NCBI GenBank assembly: GCA_963749085.1
Contig: CAVVLG010000003.1
Span: 155,380-219,379, forward strand
Source: Candidatus Adlerbacteria bacterium
GTDB taxonomy: Bacteria; Patescibacteriota; Minisyncoccia; Phycocordibacterales; SBAW01
Direction: 5' to 3'
Length of the DNA stretch: 64,000 nucleotides
Both the position numbers and the translations under genes were made by a program. Under the pieces are notes generated by a model that saw only the letters and a program-made list of their open reading frames with translations, did not search any database and was not told the origin of the DNA. Positions 35,925 to 46,104 of this stretch are shown here, one piece after another (positions within the stretch are counted from its first letter, which is position 1; the number at the start of each line of letters is the position of its first letter).

Positions 35925-36305
35925 TTATACGACTTCGGGAGCGCGAGAAATAATGGTCTGATAACCCAATTCCTGAAGCTCGCGTGGAATAGGTCCGAAG
36001 ATGCGTCCGGCCTTTGGCTCTTTCTTATCCTTGCCGGAAGTCTCCAGTATTACTACCGCGTTCTCATCAAATCGAAGGTAGGAGCCGTCTTTACGACGAA
36101 ACGGCTGGCGCTGGCGAACGACTACGGCCGTGAGCACATCCTTCTTTTTGACCGCTTTGCGAGGTTCGGCACTTTGCACCGAGAGAATAACTAGCTCGCC
36201 GATTTGCGCGTAGCGTTTCTTGGAGGAGCCCGGTATTTTGAAAATGCGGCCGATTTTGGCGCCGGTATTGTCTGCTATGACGACTAAAGAGCGGTCTTGA
36301 ATCAT
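35925..36305 (-). CDS. rplN: 50S ribosomal protein L14
   Basis: MIQDRSLVVIADNTGAK. Confidence 0.9.
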   Translation of the reverse strand: MIQDRSLVVIADNTGAKIGRIFKIPGSSKKRYAQIGELVILSVQSAEPRKAVKKKDVLTAVVVRQRQPFRRKDGSYLRFDENAVVILETSGKDKKEPKAGRIFGPIPRELQELGYQTIISRAPEVV

Positions 36306-36313
36306 AAAAAAAT

Positions 36314-36559
36314 TTACTTAAATACGATCTCGAAGGATTTGGTCTTGGACAGCGGGCGGCACGAGCGGATAGTGACCGTCTCGCCCTCCTTGGCACGATT
36401 TCCCTCGTTGTGCGCGTGGAACTTCTTCGTTATCTTCATGTACTTCTTGTACTTCGGATGCTTCACGTAGCGTGAAACCGCCACCACGGCGGTGTTTTGC
36501 ATTTTATTCGAGGTAACGATGCCCCGAAGCGTCTTTCTATGTGTAGTCTTTTGTTCCAT
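36314..36559 (-). CDS. rpsQ: 30S ribosomal protein S17
   Basis: RKTLRGIVTSNKMQNTAVV. Confidence 0.85.
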   Translation of the reverse strand: MEQKTTHRKTLRGIVTSNKMQNTAVVAVSRYVKHPKYKKYMKITKKFHAHNEGNRAKEGETVTIRSCRPLSKTKSFEIVFK

Positions 36560-36560
36560 G

Positions 36561-36749
36561 TTATTTTCTCGAATGCTGCTCGGTCAGTGCGCGGGCTATT
36601 TCCTTGCGCAAAGTGCTCGCGAGTTTTACGTTGCGATTTTTACTCCCTGCGACGCTAAAACGCAAGGCGCGCAGCTCTTCGCGCTTGTCGTGAACGAGCT
36701 GGTGCAAATCCTCGACCGAATGATTGATGAGAGTTTTTTTCTTTGCCAT
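36561..36749 (-). CDS. rpmC: 50S ribosomal protein L29
   Basis: 62 aa, EELRALRFSVAG. Confidence 0.8.
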   Translation of the reverse strand: MAKKKTLINHSVEDLHQLVHDKREELRALRFSVAGSKNRNVKLASTLRKEIARALTEQHSRK

Positions 36750-36757
36750 ACACTATC

Positions 36758-37177
36758 CTAGTGGCGCATAACCACTTTTGCTTTGAGCGGGAGCTTCTTC
36801 GCCGCTTTGGTGAGGGTCTCGACCGCCAATTGATCCTCGACCCCGTCCACTTCAAAGATGACTCGGCCCGGCCACACTTCGACTTCGTAACCCACCGGAT
36901 CGCCCTTGCCCTTGCCGAGCTTCACTTCGGGCGGCTTCTGCGTAAACGGCTTATCAGGGAATATGCGCAGCCACATTTTGCCGTTCTTCCCTAGACTGCG
37001 CACCACTACTTTGCGGGCGCTTTCTATCTGGTTGGAGCGCACGCGCCCATGGGAGGTGGCCTTAAGCCCGTGGGAGCCGAATGCGACCGTGACGCCGCGC
37101 GTCGCGACCTTGTTAACTTTCGCGTTGCGACGCATGGTGTGCCATTTTCTATATTTTACTTTTTTGGGAAATAACAT
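36758..37177 (-). CDS. rplP: 50S ribosomal protein L16
   Basis: MLFPKKVKYRKWH. Confidence 0.9.
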   Translation of the reverse strand: MLFPKKVKYRKWHTMRRNAKVNKVATRGVTVAFGSHGLKATSHGRVRSNQIESARKVVVRSLGKNGKMWLRIFPDKPFTQKPPEVKLGKGKGDPVGYEVEVWPGRVIFEVDGVEDQLAVETLTKAAKKLPLKAKVVMRH

Positions 37178-37179
37178 AC

Positions 37180-37845
37180 TTATTTTTTAGCTGCCTCCGC
37201 AAATACTTCGCCCTTGTATATCCATACTTTGACCCCGATAACGCCGAGCGGCAGATTGGCACGCTCCCGTGCAAAGTCGATGTCGGAGCGGAAGGTCTGA
37301 AGCGGAATGCGGCCTTTCTTGAGCTGCTCATTGCGCGACATAGAACCGCCGCCGAGCATGCCGCCTAATGCAATGCGTACGCCTTTGACGTCTCTATTCG
37401 CCATTACTTTTTCAACCGTCTGCTTCAGCACCCGGCGAAACGGGAGGCGCTTCTCAAGTCCTTCGGCAACCATAAAGGCGACTATAGCTGCATTGCTCTC
37501 CGGCGAGCGGATTTCCTCAATATCGAGTTTCAAAGAAGGAACGGTAAGTTTCTTCTTTTGCAAAAAAGATATGATCTTATTTTTCAGCTTGGTAGAACCT
37601 TCGCCGGAGCGGCCGATGATAAGGCCAGGGCGCGACGTTTTGATGATGACGCGCAAGGTGCCCCCGCCGCGCTCTATCTCAATGCCCCCGACGTACATAC
37701 CTCGCAGCTCTTTAATCAAAAATTCGCGCAAGAGAATATCTGCCTTAAGATTTTTTTGGTAGAGCTCCCCGGTCGCGAACCAGCGATGACGCCAATCGCG
37801 TAAGATGCCGAGCCGATGTGAATATGGATGGACGACTTTAGACAT
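37180..37845 (-). CDS. rpsC: 30S ribosomal protein S3
   Basis: KH domain, S3 C-terminal domain. Confidence 0.9.
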   Translation of the reverse strand: MSKVVHPYSHRLGILRDWRHRWFATGELYQKNLKADILLREFLIKELRGMYVGGIEIERGGGTLRVIIKTSRPGLIIGRSGEGSTKLKNKIISFLQKKKLTVPSLKLDIEEIRSPESNAAIVAFMVAEGLEKRLPFRRVLKQTVEKVMANRDVKGVRIALGGMLGGGSMSRNEQLKKGRIPLQTFRSDIDFARERANLPLGVIGVKVWIYKGEVFAEAAKK

Positions 37846-37846
37846 A

Positions 37847-38197
37847 TTATTTTTTTGACTCCGCCCGGCGTGAAAGCCCCAAGGTAATGTGGCTGGTGCG
37901 CTTCAGAATCTGCGACGCGCGACCGCGCGCGCGAGGCATTGAGCGCTTGAACACCATGCCGCCATTGACCTGTACGGTCGAAATCACTAAGTCGCCAGCC
38001 GCAAGACCTCCTTTTGTGCGAGCATTGGAGACTGCGGAGCGTATGAGTTTGGTGAGCGGCTCGCTTGCTTTCTTTGGCAAGGTCGCAAGGAGGGAGAGCG
38101 CCCGTTCGGCAGTTTTTCCCCGTATCAAATCAGCAACGAGGCGCACTTTGCGCGGCGCCTGGCGGTAATTTTTCAGTTGTGCGGTTGCGTCAGTCAT
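37847..38197 (-). CDS. rplV: 50S ribosomal protein L22
   Basis: L22 profile. Confidence 0.85.
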   Translation of the reverse strand: MTDATAQLKNYRQAPRKVRLVADLIRGKTAERALSLLATLPKKASEPLTKLIRSAVSNARTKGGLAAGDLVISTVQVNGGMVFKRSMPRARGRASQILKRTSHITLGLSRRAESKK

Positions 38198-38200
38198 ACC

Positions 38201-38569
38201 TTATTTTGCGGGAGCGGCTGCGGCTTTTGCGCCGGCTACGTCGGCTGCAGCTTTGGCCGCTTGTGCCGCCGCAATCTCGGCCTCTTTGGCTTTTGCTTCC
38301 ATTTCCTTCTGCATCTTGCCGCCGTGGCGAGTGAACTTCTTGGTTGGCGAGAATTCCCCGAGCCGATGCCCCACCATGTCCTCACTCACCAAAACTTCAA
38401 TATGAGTCTTGCCGTTGTAGACGCCGAACTTGAATCCAACCATTTCCGGAGCGATTTGGCTGCGACGCGCCCATGTTTTAAAAAGCTCAGAGCCCTGAGC
38501 TTTTTTACCCTCAATTTTCTTGAGGAGTTTTTCATCCACATAGGGACCTTTTTTGAGCGATCGCGCCAT
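38201..38569 (-). CDS. rpsS: 30S ribosomal protein S19 with about 30-aa Ala/Lys-rich C-terminal extension
   Basis: [19 protein letters not shown]...[10 protein letters not shown]. Confidence 0.85.
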   Translation of the reverse strand: MARSLKKGPYVDEKLLKKIEGKKAQGSELFKTWARRSQIAPEMVGFKFGVYNGKTHIEVLVSEDMVGHRLGEFSPTKKFTRHGGKMQKEMEAKAKEAEIAAAQAAKAAADVAGAKAAAAPAK

Positions 38570-38723
38570 ACTGTTAAATAAAAACCCCTGCCTGCCGGCA
38601 GGCGGTGGCCTGGTCGGAAACAGCTAAGAGTTGCCGACACTATATAGGAAAGTTCCGACTTGCGCAAGGTTTATTTAAACGATAGAGTCTGAGCGGATGT
38701 TTTAACCTCAAGGAGAGCGTCCT

Positions 38724-38951
38724 ATGAGCGAGCAGGCTAGCTCTGAGTTTGGTTGCATGTTTGTCAGATTTAACGCCGCCGAACTCGCCCACATTGATGC
38801 GTGCGCCCGACGACTGAACAATGCCCCTCGAGAAGTGGCTCTTCGCACAATCATTTGTGCGTTTGGAAAAAAATGGGATATCGATATTCCCTTCAATATT
38901 CCTTCCGAGTGTCCTGCCTTTATCCCCAATGCGGCTACGAGCCATACATAA
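38724..38951 (+). CDS. Ribbon-helix-helix (MobC/CopG-like) small DNA-binding protein inserted between rplB and rpsS on opposite strand
   Basis: FVRFNAAELAHIDACARRLNNAPREVALRTII RHH pattern; AAGGAGA RBS 7 nt upstream; TTGCGC-17-TAGAGT promoter-like upstream. Confidence 0.5.
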   Translation: MSEQASSEFGCMFVRFNAAELAHIDACARRLNNAPREVALRTIICAFGKKWDIDIPFNIPSECPAFIPNAATSHT

Positions 38952-38958
38952 GAGAAGG

Positions 38959-39111
38959 ATGCAAAAATTAGCCGCCAGTCGCAGTGTCGGAGTGGTTATT
39001 CCCGGACGTCAAAGCGGAAATTGGGTCGAGCGACTGATTCAAGCGAGCGGGGTCCCCTTCATCGCAAGCATTGAGCGTGCTGTCAGCGAGTTTGAAGCGG
39101 TTACACAATAA
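38959..39111 (+). CDS. Possible small partner ORF (about 50 aa) downstream of RHH gene
   Basis: Open frame between RHH gene and terminator; weak evidence. Confidence 0.2.
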   Translation: MQKLAASRSVGVVIPGRQSGNWVERLIQASGVPFIASIERAVSEFEAVTQ

Positions 39112-39150
39112 AAACGCCCTGGAGAAATCCAGGGTATTCTTTTTTATTTT
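39108..39150. terminator. Bidirectional intrinsic terminator (ccctggagaaatccaggg flanked by A-run and T-run)
   Basis: Terminates plus-strand cassette and minus-strand rplB. Confidence 0.7.
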
Positions 39151-39992
39151 CCCTTATTTCGCTTCCCGACCTTGCGACGAGAGACAATAAGATAATTGGA
39201 ATATTTTTTCGGTCGGCGCGATTTCTGACCCTTGCCGGTTGGCTTGCCCCACAACGACTTTGCGCGACGAAGCCCTCGTCCTTGACGGCCTTCACCCCCG
39301 CCGTGGGGGTGATCAACCGGATTCATCGCAGTACCGCGCACAGTCGGACGAACTCCCATCCAACGACTGCGGCCGGCTTTGCCTATGGTCACCAAATGAT
39401 GTTCGTCATTTGAAACTTCACCTATAGTTGCCCAGCATGACTCGAGTACTTTTCGTACCTCGCTTGAAGGCATCTTAAGATCAACATATCCTTGGTCGCG
39501 GGCGACAACTTCAATGTGCGTTCCTGCTGCCCGGCCGAGCTTGCCGCCTTGCCCTGGTTTGAGCTCAACGTTATAGACGAAACCACCGATAGGTACCGCC
39601 CTCAGCGGCAGACGATTGCCCGGTGTTGCCGTTGCAGATTCTGCGCTTTCGATAGTATTTCCAACCTTTATAGACTTCGGCAACAGGGCGTAGCGGCGCT
39701 CCCCGTCGCGATAGAGAAGAAGCCCGATAAAGCCGGAACGGTTTGGATCATATTCAATCGTCTCTACGCGAGCTGGCACATGTTTGTCGTACCCAAAATC
39801 AACATCTCTCCACAAACGTTTTGAACCGCCGCCCTTATGGCGCACAGTGATGCGGCCCGCGTTATTGCGACCCATGAAGCGCTTGCCGCCGTGCGTGAGC
39901 GCTTTGTGGGGCTCGCCCACGGTGAGCGTCTTCCTGAAAGAAGGCGTTGACATATGGCGACGTGATTTGGTGTATGGTCTGTAATTTTTCAT
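39144..39992 (-). CDS. rplB: 50S ribosomal protein L2
   Basis: Full-length L2 similarity. Confidence 0.9.
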   Translation of the reverse strand: MKNYRPYTKSRRHMSTPSFRKTLTVGEPHKALTHGGKRFMGRNNAGRITVRHKGGGSKRLWRDVDFGYDKHVPARVETIEYDPNRSGFIGLLLYRDGERRYALLPKSIKVGNTIESAESATATPGNRLPLRAVPIGGFVYNVELKPGQGGKLGRAAGTHIEVVARDQGYVDLKMPSSEVRKVLESCWATIGEVSNDEHHLVTIGKAGRSRWMGVRPTVRGTAMNPVDHPHGGGEGRQGRGLRRAKSLWGKPTGKGQKSRRPKKYSNYLIVSRRKVGKRNKGK

Positions 39993-40000
39993 AATTATAT

Positions 40001-40297
40001 TTAGATGAGCTCAATCGTCTCTCCTTTTTTGAGGAATACGTATGCTTTTTTGCCGCCCCCGCTGATACCTTTTCGATTAGTGCCGCGCGTGACTGTTTGT
40101 TTGTGCGGAATGCTAAGCATGGTGACCTTGCGGGGCGTTACTTTGAATATTTCATGTACCGCGCGCGCGACGTCGTGCTTGGTTGCGTCGGTGGCAACTT
40201 CAAATACGTAGCATCCGAGCTCCGATAGATATGCCCCCTTTTCGGTGATGCGCGGTGAGATAAGAATGTGGGCAGAGTGTTTTTGCATATAGTTCAA
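40001..40297 (-). CDS. rplW: 50S ribosomal protein L23
   Basis: L23 profile. Confidence 0.85.
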   Translation of the reverse strand: MNYMQKHSAHILISPRITEKGAYLSELGCYVFEVATDATKHDVARAVHEIFKVTPRKVTMLSIPHKQTVTRGTNRKGISGGGKKAYVFLKKGETIELI

Positions 40298-40953
40298 GCG
40301 CGGACTACTTTTTTCTTCGATAATATCTCAATTGCCGCCGCCGGATTCGCCAGAATCAGAAATTTATTGGAGAGCACCGATATCGGGTTGAGATTGCGTA
40401 CGTCAACCACTTCGACGTTGCCGAAGTTGTTGAAGCTCTTCATTGTCGGTACGTGCGCTGCGGGAAGCGCGATGAGAGCAGCATTCTTCCTTTTGTATGT
40501 GAGGCCGGCTTTGGCGAGGCCCGACAATATGCCCTTTGCTGCCTTGCTCTTGGGTTCCTGCGTTTCAATAGCATTGATTAAAATCAGCTCCCCGTCCTTG
40601 AACTTTCGGGAGAGTGCAATCAGGAGAGCTTTCTGGCGCGCCTGGCGGTTTATTTTCTTATCGTAGTTTTTCTCACTAAGCGGCCCATGCGTGACACCCC
40701 CGCCCTTCCATATCGGCGAGCGTATCGAGCCATGGCGCGCACGACCGGTGCCCTTTTGTTGCCAGGGTTTTCGACCTCCGCCGCGCACTTCTCCGCGACC
40801 TTTAGTATTCGCGGTACCCGCACGCGCGTTGCTTCGCATCGACACGACAACTTGATGCATGAGGTCGGCATTCCACGGCAAACCGAAAAGGTTCTCAGGG
40901 AGAGTCATCGTCCCCGTTTCTTTGCCCTCAGTGTTGTAAATCTTAGTTTCCAT
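40294..40953 (-). CDS. rplD: 50S ribosomal protein L4
   Basis: L4 profile. Confidence 0.9.
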   Translation of the reverse strand: METKIYNTEGKETGTMTLPENLFGLPWNADLMHQVVVSMRSNARAGTANTKGRGEVRGGGRKPWQQKGTGRARHGSIRSPIWKGGGVTHGPLSEKNYDKKINRQARQKALLIALSRKFKDGELILINAIETQEPKSKAAKGILSGLAKAGLTYKRKNAALIALPAAHVPTMKSFNNFGNVEVVDVRNLNPISVLSNKFLILANPAAAIEILSKKKVVRA

Positions 40954-40961
40954 ATACTTAG

Positions 40962-41597
40962 TTAACCTCGGATTTCAACTAACGTGCCGCGGCGGCCGGG
41001 TATGGCGCCCGCGATAACGATTTCGTTTGTTTCAGGTAATACCTGTAGCACCGGAAGATTGCGTACGGTGACGCGTTCATTTCCCATACGTCCAGCCATG
41101 CGCATGCCGCGGGCAACCCGGCCACCGGCGCGACCGCCTGAGCCACCAATGGAGCCAGGGGAGCGTTCGGAGTGTTTTTGACCATGACTACGCGGACCAC
41201 CATGAAAACCATGGCGCTTTACAACACCCTGGAAGCCTTTGCCTTTGGAGACTGCGGAGACACTTACTTTGTCGCCTTCTGCAAACATCGACACATCAAC
41301 TGAGGTACCTACTTCGACATCTTTCGGTAGAGCGCCGTCGCGCTGACGCAATTCACGGAATGAAGAAAGGGCAGTACCTTTGCCGAGCATCTTTGCGTGA
41401 CCGACTTGCGGTTTGTTGACCCGCGATTCTTTTTTTTCAAGCGCGCCAATCTGCACCGCGTTGTATCCGTCCTTCTCAGTCGTTTTTATCTGCGTCACGG
41501 TGACGGGTGGAGCGTTGATAATAGTTGCGGCATAGGCGCGGCCGTCTCCGGTGTAGACGGTCGTCATTTTGACCTTGGTGCCAAGGATGAATTTCAT
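40962..41597 (-). CDS. rplC: 50S ribosomal protein L3
   Basis: L3 profile. Confidence 0.9.
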   Translation of the reverse strand: MKFILGTKVKMTTVYTGDGRAYAATIINAPPVTVTQIKTTEKDGYNAVQIGALEKKESRVNKPQVGHAKMLGKGTALSSFRELRQRDGALPKDVEVGTSVDVSMFAEGDKVSVSAVSKGKGFQGVVKRHGFHGGPRSHGQKHSERSPGSIGGSGGRAGGRVARGMRMAGRMGNERVTVRNLPVLQVLPETNEIVIAGAIPGRRGTLVEIRG

Positions 41598-41680
41598 GTT
41601 GTCTGTAGGTCCCCGAGGGGACGCGGATCAACGCTATTTCTAACGTCTCGGGCACTATAACCGAACGAGAAGTTTTATGC

Positions 41681-41708
41681 AAGAAAAAAATTCCCCCTTC
41701 GGGGAATT
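41681..41708 (-). terminator. Rho-independent terminator 3 nt after rpsJ stop, before rplC
   Basis: Minus-strand aauuccccgaagggggaauu plus U8. Confidence 0.7.
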
Positions 41709-41711
41709 CCT

Positions 41712-42119
41712 TTAGGCCATTTTGACATCAATAGTGACGCCGGACGGCAAGCTCAAGTTCGTTAATGCTTCGATGACCTTCGGGGTCGGATCAAGAATGT
41801 CAATGAGTCGTTTGTGAACTCGCATCTCAAATTGTTCTCGTGCATCCTTGTAGATAAATGTCGAACGATTGACAGTATATTTTTTGATTTCGGTCGGAAG
41901 CGGTATAGGGCCTGCGACTTTCGCGTCATAGCGCAGGGCGGTATCGAGAATTTGCTTTATCGATGCGTCCAGCACTTTGTGCTCGTAGGCACGTACTTTG
42001 ATACGCAAACGCTGCACTGCGACTGGTGCCGCAGCTTTTTTTGTTCTTTTCGGAGCAGCCTTGGGCTTAGCCGCAGAAGCGGCAGTGGAAACTTTTTTCT
42101 CTTTCACTGCGGCTGACAT
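41712..42119 (-). CDS. rpsJ: 30S ribosomal protein S10 with about 35-aa Lys/Ala-rich N-terminal extension
   Basis: QRLRIKVRAYEHKVLD... Confidence 0.9.
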   Translation of the reverse strand: MSAAVKEKKVSTAASAAKPKAAPKRTKKAAAPVAVQRLRIKVRAYEHKVLDASIKQILDTALRYDAKVAGPIPLPTEIKKYTVNRSTFIYKDAREQFEMRVHKRLIDILDPTPKVIEALTNLSLPSGVTIDVKMA

Positions 42120-42124
42120 CTCTT

Positions 42125-43324
42125 TTAGGCAACTATCTTGGTAACCACGCCAGCACCGACGGTCTTACCTCCTTCGCGGACTGCAAAACGCGTTTGCGCT
42201 TCAAGTGCGACGGGAGCTACAAGTTTAACTTTAAAGGTAATGGTGTCGCCGGGCATCACCATCTCAGTCCCTGCCGGAAGGGTAACCTCGCCAGTGACGT
42301 CAGTAGTGCGGACATAGAATTGCGGTTTGTAGCCGGTGAAAAACGGCGTATGTCTGCCACCCTCTTCTTTAGTGAGGATGTAAACTTCAGCCTCAAATTC
42401 GGTATGCGGAGTCACTGAACCCGGCTTTGCCAAGACTTGGCCGCGATGGATAGCCTCCTTCGCGGTACCGCGCAGGAGTATGCCCGCGTTGTCGCCCGCC
42501 TGGCCGACTTCGAGCTGCTTGTTGAACATTTCGATGCCGGTGATGGTGGTCTTGGTGGTAGGCTGAAGACCGACTATTTCAACTTCCTCTCCCACTTTTA
42601 TTTGACCGCGCTCGATGCGGCCGGTCACGACGGTACCACGGCCTTCAATGGAGAATATATCTTCAACCGGCATAAGAAACGGCTTATCGAGTTCGCGAAC
42701 TGGCATGGGGATATAGCTATCGAGAGTCTTAACGAGTTCAAGCACTTTCTGTGACCACTCAGAGGAGAGGTCTTTGCTCTCCAAAGCCTTGAGCCCTGAG
42801 CCGCGTATAACCGGCGTATTCTTGCCGTCGTAGCCTTGCTTGGTAAGGAGATCGCGGACTTCCTCCTCGACGAGATCAACGAGATCTTTATCGTCAACCA
42901 TGTCCACTTTATTGAGAAACACGACGATTTTTGGCACACCGACCTGCTTTGCGAGAAGAATGTGCTCGCGGGTCTGTGGCATCACGCCGTCGGTTGCTGC
43001 AACCACAAGAATAGCGCCATCCATCTGCGCGGCACCGGTAATCATGTTCTTGATATAGTCAGCGTGACCCGGCGCATCGATGTGCGCGTAGTGGCGATTG
43101 GGCGTCCAGTACTCGGAGTGGTGGAGTGCGATGGTAATACCGCGCGCTTTTTCCTCAGGCGCATTGTCGATGCCGTCAACACCCTCGACACGTGCGCCGT
43201 AGCCCTCTGCCTTGTCCATATCAAGCGTATGCAAAATGGCCGCGGTGAGCGTCGTCTTGCCGTGGTCAACGTGGCCGATGGTGCCGACGTTAAGGTGCGG
43301 TTTCTGTCTATCAAAATTTGCCAT
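42125..43324 (-). CDS. tuf: Elongation factor Tu
   Basis: [18 protein letters not shown]. Confidence 0.95.
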   Translation of the reverse strand: MANFDRQKPHLNVGTIGHVDHGKTTLTAAILHTLDMDKAEGYGARVEGVDGIDNAPEEKARGITIALHHSEYWTPNRHYAHIDAPGHADYIKNMITGAAQMDGAILVVAATDGVMPQTREHILLAKQVGVPKIVVFLNKVDMVDDKDLVDLVEEEVRDLLTKQGYDGKNTPVIRGSGLKALESKDLSSEWSQKVLELVKTLDSYIPMPVRELDKPFLMPVEDIFSIEGRGTVVTGRIERGQIKVGEEVEIVGLQPTTKTTITGIEMFNKQLEVGQAGDNAGILLRGTAKEAIHRGQVLAKPGSVTPHTEFEAEVYILTKEEGGRHTPFFTGYKPQFYVRTTDVTGEVTLPAGTEMVMPGDTITFKVKLVAPVALEAQTRFAVREGGKTVGAGVVTKIVA

Positions 43325-43446
43325 AAATAATAACTATACTAACGGATAATAATTTTAGAGCACACTAAAGCACGCCCTGTTGCGTTAGTGGGTATACTAG
43401 CAAAGTCCGAAAAAAGTGCAACCCCTGTGTATAAAAGTCCTGTAGC

Positions 43447-45597
43447 TTATTTCCTTCCGGCTATGATGGTTGCCGCCACGTTCGGTGGGACGACTTCATA
43501 GTGGTCAAACTCCATAGTGAAACTAGCCCGACCTTCAGTCATTGAGCGGAGCGATGTAGTGTAACCGAACATTTCAGAGAGCGGCACTTTGGCTCTAATA
43601 GCACGGGCAAGACCGCGTTCTTCCATTCCTTCAATCTGCCCGCGCTTAGAATTGAGACTACCGGTAATATCACCCATGAATTTCTCAGGCACGACGACTT
43701 CCACTTTCATTATTGGCTCAAGCAAGACTGGTTTTGCCATTTTTGCCGCGTCTTGAAAGCCCATAGATGCCGCTATTTTAAACGCAATCTCACTGGAGTC
43801 AACGTCGTGATAGGAACCATCGTACAGCTCGACTGAGATATCAACCAATTTAAAGCCCGCGACGATACCGCGCTCCATGGCCTCGCGCACTCCCTTCTCG
43901 ACTGCAGGGATATATTCCTGCGGCACGACACCGCCCTTGATGTTGTTGACGAACTCAAAATGATCCTCACGCGTGGTGTTTTTGGACACTTTTTTCCCCT
44001 CCACGACCGGTTCGAGCGGTTTGATGCGCAAGCGCACATCGCCGTACTGGCCGCGACCACCGGTCTGCTTGATATATTTTCCTTCCGCTTCAGCGCTCCG
44101 CGTTATCGTCTCACGATATGCGACCTGTGGTTTGCCCACATTAGCTTCAACACCAAACTCCCTCTTCATGCGGTCAACCAAGATCTCAAGATGGAGCTCG
44201 CCCATGCCTGAGATAAGCGTCTCCATGGTCTCAGAGTCGGTTGAGACTTTAAACGTAGGGTCTTCATCGGCAAGTTTTTTCATTGCCATGCCCATTTTTT
44301 CCTGATCGGCCTTTGTTTTCGGTTCAATGCGCAGACTAATGACGGGCTCGGGGAATTTAATTTGCTCGAGGATTATCGGATGAGCTTCATCACAAAGGGT
44401 ATGGGACGTTTTGGTGTCCTTGAGGCCCACCGCGGCGGCAATTTCGCCTGCGAACACTTTTTTCACTTCTTCGCGCTGGTTGGCCTGCAGGCGTACGATG
44501 CGACCCAAACGCTCCTTGCTTCCGGTCGTTGAGTTATATAAATAGGAGCCGGATTCGATAGTACCCGAATAGACACGGAAGAATGTAAGCTGGCCCACAA
44601 AAGGGTCGGCTTGCAATTTAAAGGCGAGCGCGCAGAACGGCTCCTCATCGCTGGCGTGCCGTTCAACCTCCTCCCCCGTTTTGGGATTGATACCTTTGAC
44701 CGGCGGCATATCCAAGGGCGACGGCAAATAGTCGACGACTGCATCGAGCACCAACTGCACGCCTTTGTTTTTGAGCGCTGAGCCGGTATAGACCGGGAAA
44801 ATCTTATTGGCGATGACTGCTTTGCGAAGCGTAGTTTTCAATTGCTCCATAGTCGGCTCTTTACCGTCAAGATAACTGGTCATTAATGCATCGTCGTGCT
44901 CAACAATTTTCTCGATGAGCTGCGCGCGATACATATTTGCGTCGGAGCGATGATTCTCGGGAATCTCCATCTCAATCACTTCCTTGCCCATCTCGCCTTC
45001 GAAGGTATACGCTTTCATTTTCAGAAGATCGATGACGCCTTCAAACCCTTCTTCGGCTCCGATAGGTAGCTGCATACGCACCGCGTATTTGGTAAGCCTA
45101 TCGAGAATACTCTGGAACGATTTTTCAAATGACGCTCCCATACGGTCAAGCTTGTTGATGAAACATATGCGCGGCACATTGGCCTCATCGGCATAGCGCC
45201 AGTTGGTTTCGCTCTGGGGTTCCACGCCCGCCACACCGTCAAACACGACGATAGCACCATCCAGGACGCGCATGGAGCGCTTCACTTCGACCGTGAAGTC
45301 GATATGACCCGGAGTATCAATAATATTGAAGCGATATTTCTTGGCGATATCTTTTTTATCCGGCTCATCTGTCTTAGTCCAAAAGCACGTTATAGCGGCG
45401 GCGGTTATCGTGATACCACGCTCGCGTTCCTGCTCCATCCAGTCGGTGGTAGTCTCTCCTTCGTGCACCTCCCCTATCTTGTGTTGGGCGCCGGTGTAAT
45501 ACAGCACCCGTTCGGACGTGGTAGTCTTGCCCGCATCAATGTGCGCGATGATACCAAAATTTCGTACTTTTTCGAGTGGATAATCCCGTTGTGGCAT
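43447..45597 (-). CDS. fusA: Elongation factor G
   Basis: AHIDAGKTT, full five-domain EF-G. Confidence 0.95.
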   Translation of the reverse strand: MPQRDYPLEKVRNFGIIAHIDAGKTTTSERVLYYTGAQHKIGEVHEGETTTDWMEQERERGITITAAAITCFWTKTDEPDKKDIAKKYRFNIIDTPGHIDFTVEVKRSMRVLDGAIVVFDGVAGVEPQSETNWRYADEANVPRICFINKLDRMGASFEKSFQSILDRLTKYAVRMQLPIGAEEGFEGVIDLLKMKAYTFEGEMGKEVIEMEIPENHRSDANMYRAQLIEKIVEHDDALMTSYLDGKEPTMEQLKTTLRKAVIANKIFPVYTGSALKNKGVQLVLDAVVDYLPSPLDMPPVKGINPKTGEEVERHASDEEPFCALAFKLQADPFVGQLTFFRVYSGTIESGSYLYNSTTGSKERLGRIVRLQANQREEVKKVFAGEIAAAVGLKDTKTSHTLCDEAHPIILEQIKFPEPVISLRIEPKTKADQEKMGMAMKKLADEDPTFKVSTDSETMETLISGMGELHLEILVDRMKREFGVEANVGKPQVAYRETITRSAEAEGKYIKQTGGRGQYGDVRLRIKPLEPVVEGKKVSKNTTREDHFEFVNNIKGGVVPQEYIPAVEKGVREAMERGIVAGFKLVDISVELYDGSYHDVDSSEIAFKIAASMGFQDAAKMAKPVLLEPIMKVEVVVPEKFMGDITGSLNSKRGQIEGMEERGLARAIRAKVPLSEMFGYTTSLRSMTEGRASFTMEFDHYEVVPPNVAATIIAGRK

Positions 45598-46004
45598 AAA
45601 AATAAAACGCCCAAGGCGTAGTCGACAGAATAGCAGAAAGTATGAAAAAGAAAAGGCCCGCAGAAACGGGCCGAGGCAGGTGGATCGTACTCAGGCGGCA
45701 TCTGATTGAGCAGTCTGCGCCAACTGGCGAGTACCTCTTCATCTACCTTTAAGCAAGGTAAGAATTCCCTTGCCAGTTGATATTGCTCAATGAACTCGAG
45801 CACCAAACTTTGAGCATAGGGGCTTTGACCAACAAAAAGAAATGGCCTGGCTTTGCGCCAAGCATAAAAGAGCTCTTTGGCCCTTTCATAACGTTCCGTT
45901 GCTTTCTCGTAGCGTGTAAACTGTCGACTATCTCGCAACGCGCCGCTAATAGCCCCTGCGAGAAAAATTGACAGCGCTATCTCAACTGCCAGAATCATGC
46001 TCAT
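45474..46004 (-). CDS. Hypothetical N-terminally membrane-anchored protein inserted between rpsG and fusA (3' end uncertain; listed frame runs through the terminator into fusA)
   Basis: TAAGGAGT RBS 6 nt upstream of ATG at 46004; N-terminal TM then charged helical region. Confidence 0.35.
   Translation of the reverse strand: MSMILAVEIALSIFLAGAISGALRDSRQFTRYEKATERYERAKELFYAWRKARPFLFVGQSPYAQSLVLEFIEQYQLAREFLPCLKVDEEVLASWRRLLNQMPPEYDPPASARFCGPFLFHTFCYSVDYALGVLFLCHNGIIHSKKYEILVSSRTLMRARLPRPNGCCITPAPNTR
45640..45676 (-). terminator. Rho-independent terminator between rpsG-downstream ORF and fusA
   Basis: Minus-strand ggcccguuucugcgggcc plus U-rich tail. Confidence 0.6.
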
Positions 46005-46104
46005 GGCATACTCCTTAGTTCTGACTTCAAACTTCTATGAACAGTTTACAAAGAAATATGCAAAAAGAAAAGCAAAAATGAATGGTAGTTCCAAGAACTT
46101 CAAA

